The position numbers and the translations under genes were made by a program. The notes beneath the pieces were generated by a model. That model did not search any database. It was not told the DNA's origin and saw nothing but the letters and a program-made list of their open reading frames with translations. Shown here piece after piece: positions 26,201-38,761 of a stretch of 64,000 bases of DNA (position 1 is its first letter; every line of letters begins with the position of its first letter). Source of the stretch: Octopus sinensis (lineage: Eukaryota); contig NC_042999.1 of NCBI RefSeq assembly GCF_006345805.1, positions 115,258,001 through 115,322,000 on the forward strand. The letters run 5' to 3'.

Positions 26201-29200
26201 GTGTTTTATCTCTGAAATATTTGAAAGGTAAGGTAGATAACCCTGTTTGACACCGTAGTACACTGCATACTATACTAGCACCGAATAGACCATTACTAAA
26301 AAATAATCTAGACATTTAGATGTTGAAATTTAAATACTTGGTAATTTCATCAATGGATTTTTTTGGAGCTGTAAGATTAAATTAATTTCAGATATATACT
26401 TTTCCTTTGCAGGAATGCAACATTTCAGATACTGTTGGCTCGTATCAACTTACTTTCTAATAAGATAGAAAGTGCTGCAAAAGCTATGAAAGAGGCCAAG
26501 AACATTCTTCTAACTCAAGAAAATGTGGTCAGCAGAAAAATTTATCAAGAAAATATGAAGAAACTTATAACAAATACGTCACCACATAGTATTAATGTTT
26601 CTACTCCAGAAATGTTCACAATGGATGATCAATTGATTACTAAATTCCGGTGGTCAGCTGAGTTAAGTGATGAAGAGACTATCATGAGAAAGGATAATAC
26701 CTGTATTTATGAATCAACACCTTTAAAAGTTGCTGACACTACTAATGTAACCTCTCAGTTCTCTGTTGATATTCCTGTCCTTGATAATGAAGACCATAAG
26801 GTTAAATGTGGTTGTCATTGTTGTTCTGATGTGGTTTCACAGGACCTGTTTTTGAAGTATTTAGTCACTCAAGCTGAACTTGAACAACTTACTGGCAATG
26901 ATATTCTAACTGAAAACATTTTGACAATTGCTGAAGATCAATATTTAAAATCATGTAAACATATCAAAACTAACCTTGAAGGTTTGCTTCAAGGAAAGTC
27001 ACTTAGCTGTCTTCTAAATCAAATGTGTTCTGAAAATTTTAAAGTTACTCCTGAAAATAGCTTATATATAAACAATTGTTTGTTTACTCTAAGTAGATCC
27101 TATCTTGTGAGATGTCATCTAGCAGAAAATTGTAGTCAATTTCAGCTTTGCTATGAGTATGCTAAAAAGGGATTGCTGATATTTCAGAGCAATCATTTAG
27201 ATTTTAGTAATCCTGAAGTTCTTTATCTTCATACTGGTTTGACTATATGTTTGTCAAATGCTCTGAGATACGTTTCTGATTTTTCAGATATTGAGGAAAT
27301 TATTTCACCTGATCCAAATTTAGATGTAATGACTTTGAAATTATCAAATATGACTCTACAATCTGAAACTGTGTCTTCTGGAACAATAAAGACTAATATT
27401 GATAAATGTGTACAAGACATGGAAGCATTGTCAATTATTGACAAAGCAGATAATAAAACCAAAAGAAATGCTAAAAAGTCAGTGTGTAAATCAAGAAAAG
27501 AAGGAATGAAATCAAAATCCAAAAATGATAATCAAAGTGGAGAATATCCAACCACTGTTTTGAACAATGAAACATGTATGTCAGTTGACTCCTACAAATG
27601 GCAAAGTGCTCAGGAAAAGTTTAAAGATTGTATGGATCGAAAGACAAAATTGTCTGCTTCAGAGATATTTAAAGACATTACAGCTGAACATTTATCCAGT
27701 GTATATGATGATGATGTCATTGCTGAGAGTGAAACTGGTGAAAAATCAGTTGCTCTTGATGTGGATAATGATTTATGTGAAAGGGTTGTGCTAAGTAAGA
27801 AATTAAAGACCAACAAAAATATTCCAGAAGTTTGTCCAACAAAGACCGAATGTTCATCTAAATGTGAAACAGATAATTTTGTTGCTAGTTGTACACAATC
27901 AATACCTCATGAATCTTCTGCTTCAAGTGTGTATGATATACTTCCTCTCCCAGAGAATGAGTCTCTTGAAAAAGACCAAATACCTTCCAAATTGAGAGAC
28001 AAGAAAAGACAGCCTAAAGTTAAAACACAATCTCTTTATGATAGTAAATTACCACAAAAGCTAGAAGCTCCCAAATCTCTACCTTTAGAAGTTTCAACTA
28101 TAAAAGTAAACAAAAGAAGTAGTCGACAGACAAAATCTTTTGCAAGACCTAAGTCTGCAGTTTCCAATCAAATTATTAATTCAGATCTGTTACCTGAATC
28201 ACACTGTGACTTTGAATCCTGTCAAGATTCTGAGCCAACAAGTAAGCAGGATTCTCCACTTAAAAAGTCTCACAAGACTCTGAAATCAAGACCTACAAGA
28301 CTGCTAGATGATCAGAGTATTAAATCTAAAATTACTTCTGAATCCCAAAATAAGGAAGAATGTAAAGTTAAAAAGACTTCCAGTCAGAAGTCTAAAATTC
28401 CATCAAAAATAATAAAGCCATTATGCAAAGTGGAAAATAATGTGATAATCACCAAGACCACAGCCAGGTGTAAGAGTAATCCAATCATAGAAAATCTAAA
28501 AAGTAAAGGTGAATTTGAAAACAATGTCTATAACTTTGATGAGAAGAGTGATAATGAATCTGGTGAAAAGAAAGTGATCAAAAGGAGAGGCCGACCTCCA
28601 AAGAAAGCTGTTGGGTGGCAGTCAAGGTTGGCCGAGGCTTCGAATGTCATTGCAAGAGAACACCGCCGTAGTGAAGTGACAAATGTATTAGTTGATAAAA
28701 TATTTTCTATGTCTCCAGAGCGTCTCTCGGTTGCCAAATGTAACAATATTTGGCAATCACTACCATCGCCTTCGTTTGAACAACATAACACTTCCTTTTC
28801 TTCTGATATCGACTCATTTTACCATCCTGCTTGGAAGAATGCTGTAGATGCTGCTGCTGATGATGATGATCCTAGTTTGTTAGGTGATACATCTTTTGGT
28901 AATCTATCTGTAAGTTCATCTGAGTTAGTACGAGCTGCAGAAGATAGTGACAGTTCCTCTGAATGTAAAAGGAAACCCAGAGTGCAAAGGAAACCTACTT
29001 TGAATCGAGAGAAGTTATCTAGAAAATATAAAACGCCTTCTGAATCTGAAAAGCCAAGTGAGTTTATTTGTTGTTTTCTTTTGTTCTTTTTCTTATTCCT
29101 TATTTAGACTTGTAATTTCTATTTTTAAAAAATCTTGAAAAATATATAAATTTGGCAGTACTTCTAGTGAAATATCTCTTGTTTATTATCATATTAGTAT

Positions 29201-32200
29201 CAAATATTGATTTCTAACATGCACACAAGCCTCCAAATTTGTAGTGGAAGAGTTCAGTTGACAGAATTTATCCAGCATGTGGTTGTTGCTTATTTTATGA
29301 ATCCCAGAGGGTTGAAAGACAAAGTCAATGAAGCTAAATACTCAAAGAATTGCTATTTCCAATATTTTATTGTCACCAAATACTATCAAAAATTTATTGT
29401 ATAAGAAAAGTTAAAATTTATGCTAGTTTGTTTAAAATATAGTTTAGGTTATAATCAATTGGTAATACTTGTGTATTAATGGGGGCAATATCTAAGGTCA
29501 GGGTGAGGTAATAAAATATATTTCAATTTTGAGTGATCAGTTTTTTGGTTGTCTCGTAAAAATATTTATTTCACAACCTCATGGTTTCAGGTTCAATCTT
29601 ACCTGATGGTAATTTGGACAGGTGTCCTCTTACATAATCTCAGATTGATCAAAGCCTTGTGGATGAAATTTTGAAGATAGAAACTCTGTGGAAGGTTGTT
29701 GGAGGAACTGATCCGGTTCTTGGGAGGCAAACTTAATTGGTCGATTGGTTTAGCACCACCAACTGGCCCTCAGTTGTCTCTAGTGAAACTGACTCAGTTG
29801 TAAGCATTTAAGCCAAGCCTCCAATTTGACAGTTAACTTTCTCCATCCCTCTAACTAGTCTTAAAGGCTCTGAAAACATTCTTGGTCATTGCTCTTCCTC
29901 CTTTGATGGAGTCATTAAAAATAATGAGTAAAATGTACTTTAATGAATGGTTGTCATTATTATGGACATTCAAATGTAAAATACTTGCTCCAAAACTTTA
30001 CATAGTCATCTATAATTACAGTTAGTTATTCTTAAAAAATGTATTTTTTTAAAGATATGTCAAAAGTTGTGAAAATTGTTTTCTTTGTGTTTTTTTTTTT
30101 ATGTTGTAAAGATTTGCATAAAACATCAATTGATTTTTCTCATCTTTAAATTTTGTTTTGTTCTTTTGTGAAAAGTTAATACAAATTATGTTTAGTTTGT
30201 GATTTGATTTTTGATTGTTGAATGACCATATAAATGCTCCCTTGGTTTATAGTTGTGAGATGTAATGATTTGGTTAAAGAATAACTATCAGATTGATAAT
30301 GAAGCATAAGTGAAATATGAGGCAAACAGAAATTCTTAAGGTTTGATATTTAGATTAAAGTTTTAAAGTTAGAAGATACAGCATGATGACTTGAAAATAT
30401 ACTGTTTTGTCAAGTTACAAAAATAAAAAAATAAAAAAAAATTTTTACCCTCATCTTCATCTTTCTCTTTTGTCTTTTTCTAATTAATGATAAAATATTT
30501 AATATATTTTTTTCTGATTGTTATGTTTTACCTTCTAGACTCTGAATATTTACAGAAGATTATATTGGAAAATGCTTACATGCAGACATCTCACTTTCCT
30601 CCATGTTCATTACATAGCTGTATATGCAAAAGTTTAGCTGTTAAGTGTCTTCCAGAAAATCCTACAAAGGCAGCTTTCTATCTGAATGAAAGCCAAGCAG
30701 TGACACTTCGTCACAACTTAGCTGTTCATTTAAATAGAAAAATTAGGTAAGTACCAAGCTCCAAGCTGTGTAAAGAAACAGATTAATAGACTCTAAAGCA
30801 TGAGAAATATCCTTCATTGTATAGAAAATAAAGCAATATCATATTGTAAGAGTTGGAGGAACTATCTTTTATTTTTTTACAGAATAGAGATCATTACCAG
30901 TTTGATTAGAAGACTCATAATTTCTCAAAAAGCTAACTTATGTCATAGATATAAGATTAATATTCTTCACTAGTAGAGATTAACATATCAAAATACTAAA
31001 TGCTATTCACAATTCTTTGATAACAACTGTGTAACACTGTTTATGTATGCATGGTTGACAAAATAAGAAAAAAAGCTTTCAGCTTCTGTTCATTAAAACT
31101 GATGAAAATAAACTGAACTTGTTCTTCATATTTTTCATAATGAGCTTCATCTATTTTGTCACATGGATGGTTACTCATACTTATGAATATGATAATATTT
31201 AAGCCATTGGTTTTCTCTTTGTTTAAGTTAGGAAACTATTGTAACTCACTCAGTTATTCAGCTTATAGTATTAAATAAAATTCAAATGACATAGAGAATG
31301 TGCTGTATTATGGTGTTGAATGTTTTATTAAGTAATATCAAATGTCAAGGAAGTACACATGTCATAAATAAATATTATTTGTAAGATATTAATAAGTTAC
31401 TTTATTTCTTGTCAAAATGATATTTTTAATATTTAGGAGATTGTTGAAAGATCTAAGCAACAGTGAAGATGTAAAGAAACAATCTGATCCCTCTGACCAA
31501 AACACACTTGTAGATAATTTACGAAAGGCTAAAACAGCATTGAAGTTTGGGCAGAAAAAGGATATTATCCCATCTTTAATTGAAGCTATCCATCCAGGTT
31601 TGTAAATGTTTGTTTACTTGTGTTGGTGTATATATAATGTTTGTTGTGGCTTGTGTAATCCTTGAAACTATTGTCTCCAGGAAAATAAACTCCTCTGCAC
31701 AAGAAAATTTATCAGCATATAAGATCTTCTCTGAAACGCTCTTGTAATTACCTTTAGTCTTATGAACATGTTCCAAAATTTTAATTGCAGCATTAACTGA
31801 AGACTGTGAAAGGCCAAAAATATAATATAGCAAACACTAAGTTGTGATCATCATTTAACGTCTATGTTCTATGCTGGTATGGGTTGGTCAGTTTAATAGG
31901 ATTTGATCAAACCAGGACAGTACAGCATATTCCTTTTCTACATCTTGAGCAAGGCTATTTCCCTTCTCCATGGCAAACTGCTATGAAAATGGGATTTTTA
32001 CAGATCAAATATGTCCCAAATGTAATTGAACTGATCTAAAAGTTTGTTTAATTCACTTACTTCTTTCATGTGCCTTACTGCATATTTTGTTCTAGCTTGA
32101 TGGTGTTGCACAAAGTCAGTAAATAGTTTCTACCGATTTTCTAGAGGGAAGCTATAACTTCCAAAGTTCTTTTGGGATTGTCTTTCTTGGTACCTAAATC

Positions 32201-35200
32201 TGGTGATAGCCAAATAGTTTGAAATGCTTGCATTGGTCAGCAGAGGGCACCCTAAAATAATTGTCAATGTTTTAACATCTGTTACCTAAAGTGAGAATTT
32301 TCTCAACAAACTGCCATGAAAATGGTAATTTTACTAGTCAAATATGTTCCAAACATATTTGAACTGATCTAAAAGTTTATATAAGTAGAATAATACTAAG
32401 AGAATGAATGTGATAAAATTGAGGAGAAATAACAATATTTCAGTGCTATGTCAATATAGAAAATAAGCAGAAACTTGGCACTGAGTATTCAGTGGAAAAA
32501 TGAATGAAACTTTTTTTTATATGGTTTGGTAACTTTGGTCAAGTCAGAAAGGTCTTTAACTTTTATGACTTGACCAAACTTAGTTTCTGTCAGAATGAAT
32601 AAACTTAAATCCAGTGCTGCTTCTCCAGCCACACCATACCATATCTGCTTGTGGTATGATGTTATTTTTCTGTTTGATGTTTCCTAAGAATGTTTTATCT
32701 CTTTGAGCTGTCTTTGTCGTATTAAATTCCTCATGTCAGTCACCACAAATCATATTTAAACTTTGTAGATGATATAATCTAGTCCTTCCTCCATGCTGCT
32801 ATCGAAAGTTCACACCTGACACTTAATTCTATCAATGCAAACTGACATTTCTGTGATAACTGACTCCATAAAATATCTGTTTATGTCCATTTTCCCATGC
32901 TTGCATGGGTTGGATGGATCTCCTTCAGCACAATAATGGTGTCTCACCAATTGTGGTTTGTTATCGTTTTGTTAGCTTGAGAAAACTTCACCACCTATTC
33001 CTAGTTCTTTAGAATCACTATCCTCCTAGACAGGTTGCCTGTGATGTGACTTTCAGAATCCATATCTTATTTATTCATTCACTCTACTCTATAACAGTCA
33101 TTACTTATTCAGAGTAACTGTTAGTTGTCTTGTTCACTTGAGTGCTCAATGCTGTAGGCAGGATATTTTCATTACAACTGAGAAGCCATGTATCTTTATG
33201 GTACAGGGATGACTTTAAAAAATAGTCAATAATATTGTAATGTAATATGATAGTGGTAAGTGTTCAGCGATATGTTTTTTCTCCAAGAAAGAATATCTAA
33301 TACTTTGTACAATTGTTTTCTAAGATTTTATTTCCTTCATTCTGTATCTCACTTTTGTTTCTTTTTTGTCAGATCTAACAGTTTGTCAAGTGTCTGTGAT
33401 TCATCCACATCATGATGTCCCATATCTTATTGTTACCCGCTATAGAAACAGCTCTGTTCCAACAGTAATTTCTCTGTCAGGTTATGGCACTACGCAGGTG
33501 AGTTGTTTATAAATAATAATCACTTTGATTACTAAAATGTTATCAATAGTTTCGTATTCTTTGACAGAATCAAATAAAGGCAATTCTTAGCTTTGTGTTT
33601 TGTACTATTAAATGCTTTGTTCCATAATTAAGAAGGAGTTAGACTGTCACAGATAACATTTCACAAATAACCTGTTATCCACAGTTAAATAAACTGAAAC
33701 ACATAGACTGCATTGTTCAGAAACATAAAATAATGTGAACTCAAGCCTCATAATCTGGTAGTGTAATATGTTATTGACTTTGTCAGCCATTTTACTTTTA
33801 TAAGAAAATCTTATGACCTTTCTGTTAATAACTAATTGAGCCTTCAAGAATTAGCATCTACCCTCTCTTTTATGACACCATCATAGTAATTTACATGTTG
33901 AATAAACTGGGGCTATAATACAGCATGATGACTGCTGTACATTATATATATATATACACATACATACACACACATTATATATATATATATATATATATAC
34001 CTCACAGAGGCAAAGTGGTTGAGCTCCTTTCAAATGTTGGGCCTCTTATGTTGTGCTTAAGAAGACCATCAAGTCATGGCAGATACCAGTGTCACACAAA
34101 TGGCACCCATGCCAGTGGCATGTAAAAGCATCCATTACACTTTTGGAGTAGTTGGCATTAGGAAGGGCATCCAGCAGTAGAAAACCGTGCCAAAACAGAC
34201 TGGAGTCTGGTGCAGCCTTTCAGTTTGCCAGCCCTGGTCAAACCATCCAACCCATACCAGCATGGACAATGGATGTTAAATGATGATGATGATGAATATG
34301 AGAGGTTTAGTTCACTGATGATATAAACCAATAGGTACGCTGTGTAAGTGTTATAATTGGTCATCTGTTAGGTTCCAAGGTCACAGCTGAGGCTGGAGCT
34401 AGGGATCTGTAGTAGGCTTCCAATTTAGCAGGTATATATTAAAGGAGAAGGAAAACAAAACCAAAGCAGGATGAGTGTCTCAGGTCATTTAGAATATTTA
34501 ATTAGAGTAAGGTGAATTCTTTTTTGATTCACCTTATTCTAATTAAATATTCTAAATGACTTGAGATTATATATATATTTATTTATTATTTCTTTATTAT
34601 TATATAAATGGTCTTGCTTCTTTTTTGTTTCATCAACACTATGTGAGTTTTGTTTGTTTCACATAAATAAATTGGATGGGATTCAAATTAACATTTGAGA
34701 TTTATGAATATTCAATGAGGAGTGAATTTGTATAAATGTGTGAGAACTGTCATTTGGGACCAGTTTATATATCTGTTCCCATCCTAGATAGTAAATTCTT
34801 TCATTTATAATATTTCTTTTATATTGTAATTAGTAACCAATAGTGACTTCAGGTACAGGTTTCCACTTGGCCAGTCAGTGGTTCACTGTATTTCTGATAT
34901 GCGAGTGACAAGAGAATATTTGTTAATTCATCATCATCATTTAACATCTGCTTTCCATGCTAGCATGGGTTGGACGATTTAACTGAAGACTGGCGAACCA
35001 GATGGCTGCACCAGGTTCCAATCTGATCTGGCAGATTTTCTTCAGCCCTTCCTAACGCCAACCACTCCAAGAGTGTAGTGGGTGCTTTTACGTGCCACCG
35101 GCACGAGGGCATATCTGGCGGTACTGGCAACGGCCATGCTCAAATGGTGTTTTTTATGTGCTACCTGCACAGGAGTCAGTCCAGCGGCACTGTAGAACTA

Positions 35201-38200
35201 ATATCACAAACACCTTTGCTTGAAGAGTACCAGACTCTTTATTTTATTTTCTTATTAATGTTCTCTCACATACGCACATACACACATTGGTGATAAACTG
35301 ACACCTTCACATACTCACACACACACACACACACACACGCACACACACACACACACATTTGATAGGCATCAGTACAGTTTCTGTTTACTGAATTTTATTC
35401 ATGAGGTATTGATTAGCCTAAGACTATAACAGAAGACATTTACCCAAGGTGCCATGCTGTGGAATTAAGCTTGGAACCTTGTGGTTGCAAAGCAAACTTC
35501 TTATGCATGTGGGCCATGCCTGTGCTTATTTTAGTAAATTATTTGTCCATTTTGTTTAACACCGATTTATCTATGTTAGCATGCCATAGATGGGAATAGG
35601 TTTGCATAGGTGGGAATTTTTCCAGCTGGACACACTTGTTGCCATCTCTTACCTGTAAAGGATTTTTTTAATTCCCAGAGAATCTGAAAGCTAAGTGCAA
35701 GTGTATGATTTGTTGACATTTCCTGTTAAGAAGTTTCCCCAGTAGTTGCCTAAATGTAAACAATAATATCACGGTTTGTAGCTGACTTCCAAACATTGAT
35801 GTCAGTTCAGTATAGTTTTGTAAACATTCACACAGACGTGCACATACAAACTCATTACTGTTAGTAAGAATATCCAGCCATAAACTGTACCAAAGCAGTT
35901 TTCCAGTTTGTTGGGTCCTGTTGAATTGTTGTACCCATACTAGTATGGAAGATGGATGTTAAATAATGTTGATGATGATGATGACAAACTTCTTTCAATT
36001 TCCATCCACCAAAGTGTAGAGACTGCAAAGCTGCAAAGGTTAATGGTGCTGTCCTTCTCTCTGATTATTTTATAGAATACTAACAGAACATTGATTAATT
36101 GAGACCATTTCAAGTATATAAACCATTATAATTTGTTAATAGGTATAGTATATGTAAAATATCAACAGTTAGAATACATGTAATATATTTTACTTGGAAT
36201 AATTGTTGTTTGCAAGGATGTCTTTGTGCCATCTCAGTGCTTTCATATTGACAGACTTAATACATAGAATTTTTAGAGAAATCTTAATTTTCCCACTATT
36301 AATATTGGCATTTGAAGTGTAAAGTTGAGGTTTTCATTGGTCAGGATTGGCCTTGTATCTGCACAATGGTTGCAGGCCTATGCAAGGTTTATGTTTGGAA
36401 ACCACTACTGTTCATGCAGTAGGTCTGCTTTCTCCAAACCAGGATGTTGTCCAAGTGAATGGCAGGGAATAAACTCATCTGGTACAAATATTACATAACA
36501 GTTTGTCCAGATCTCTAATTCTGCCAGATCCATTGCTCTGGACTAGTTCTTTCTTTAAGTGTATGGTTACAGCTAAGAATCAAAATTAGACAAACTACTT
36601 AGCTTACCAGGCAAGCACCTCTTCTCTGAAGTACTTGACTATAATGGAAGTCTACATCTGCTCTGTAATAACTTGTGGGAATATTTGGGCCTACCATTCT
36701 GAACTAACAAAACAGATGTCAATTATACAGTGTCATTTCTGTTTACATTCATGAGGAGTCATAACTATTATAAACTAGGTTCTGTCTATGTCAGGGGTGG
36801 GGAAACTTTTTAGTGTGGCAGACAAAAATTTACAAAGAAAAAGGTCCGCGGGCAGATCACAAGTTCTAACTCTTATATCTGTGTAGATCTTGTATATATC
36901 TATGTATAATTTGATATACATTAATAAAGATAAGTTTAACACATTAAATTAATGTGTAGCATCTTCATTAATGCCGCCACTGAATTTAGGACATTCATAT
37001 TACTTATGAGGTTTCTATATTTTTCAGCTAGAGTGTAGTTGGGTCTCAAGGGGGTGGTACAAATCTAGCAATATGTGTTTTATAGTGTAAACAAAATTTC
37101 AATTCAGATGGCAATTACCGGACGATTTTCTGTTCAAGTCTAACTGTCTTAAGTCGAAGTGGAAATGCAGCATATGTCGCAAATAGGCATACAAATATTG
37201 TTTAAATTTTATAATTGAAAAATTTACTACATTTTGTACATACCAGTATATCAACCTGTGGGCGAAATAAAATGGGCTCATGAGCGCAATTGTGCCCACA
37301 GGTTGGGGTTTCCCCACCCCCGGTCTATGTGTTGAGTTATTACTACTTTAATTCATTTGTGAAAACACTTGGTTGTTTGTTGTAGGGAAAGATGGTGTCT
37401 AAAACATTCAACTTCATCCAGCGGGGTAATCGAAACAGCTTCCATGTACTGGATAAAAAACATTGGTGGAATACCCGTCATAAACTTGACAAAAATATGG
37501 AGGTAAGAACTGAATTTTCTGATACCTGTGCTCCTTTTTTATGTCATCACTTTTAAATCTAGTATATATCTTTGTGTTATTGACAACAAAAAGAATATAT
37601 TTAAGTACTTTTCATTCTGTCATGCTTGTATTAATAAGTTCTCACTTTTTCTCATGTTTATAGCTGTGTTCTGTGTTGAGTTCAGTTACAGACAGTTTTC
37701 TTTTTATTTGCAATAACATTTTTAAAAACAGTTTTAGATATGATTGAAGACAACCCATGAGTTATGGTTTCTCCCTACTCTTGATCTTGGTGGGACAGGA
37801 GTGCTTATGACCTACAAACAAGTCATAAACACCACCCTTCTTCTGACTAAGCTTTATATAAAAAAATACTAAAACTCAAACTGTTCTTCAGTTTTCAGCC
37901 ATTTCTGTTCCACACTAAGAAGACAAAATGTCTAATGATAAGTGAAGATACCTTCAGTTTTGCTTTATTTTATCTCTTCAATTCTTTTTCTCTCTTCTCT
38001 TGTTCTTTTTTTAGTACATATATAAACCCACCTATGCTAGACACTAGAAAGAACTTGGAATTTAACATTTTAATTGATGTTATTCATTAGATAATACTGA
38101 TTTGGTAACTAGGTGAAAGAAACATTAGTAAAGGCTAGTTTGATCATGAAGATAAAAAGTAGTTGTTTGTTTTTTATGGTCAATCTCCTTAATAAATTTT

Positions 38201-38713
38201 TTTGTTTTATAATGGATTCATTAATTTTATTGTATGTGATAATAGTTTAATTGCAAACTTTATTTACTAGAATGTAAATATAAATATTAATCTGTTGTTG
38301 TTGATGATTTATGTTCCGTTTACATTTTGTTGTGTTATGTAACTTTGTTCAATTAAAGTACTACATAAATTATTTCCACAGTCTGTAGTTAATAAGATGG
38401 AAAACCTTTGGCTGCACTCTTGGAAAGGTATTCTGCTTGGCCAGTTGACTAATGAAGAAGATCAGAATAAATTGAAAATGCTTGCTGTCAATGTTCAGAA
38501 AACCATTCAAAAGGAGTGTCAGAGAACTCTGAATCTTGAATGCATTGAGGTCTGTTCTGATACTTGTTATTTGTTTACTTTTTTTGCTTTTGCTATAGTT
38601 AGCAAGATAACTCAGAGCATCAATTGCTTGAGAGTACACTGTCATGAGTTTAAAATTTTCAAAATCCAAATAATTATACAGCTGAGAATAAACTAGAAAA
38701 TGCTTCACTAAAA

Positions 38714-38761
<48 letters not shown>

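Noticed and set aside
27229-28791. Antisense and alternative-frame ORFs over the giant exon (likewise 55879-57675 over the LINE)
   Set aside because: Shadows of the real coding frames with no independent coding signal.
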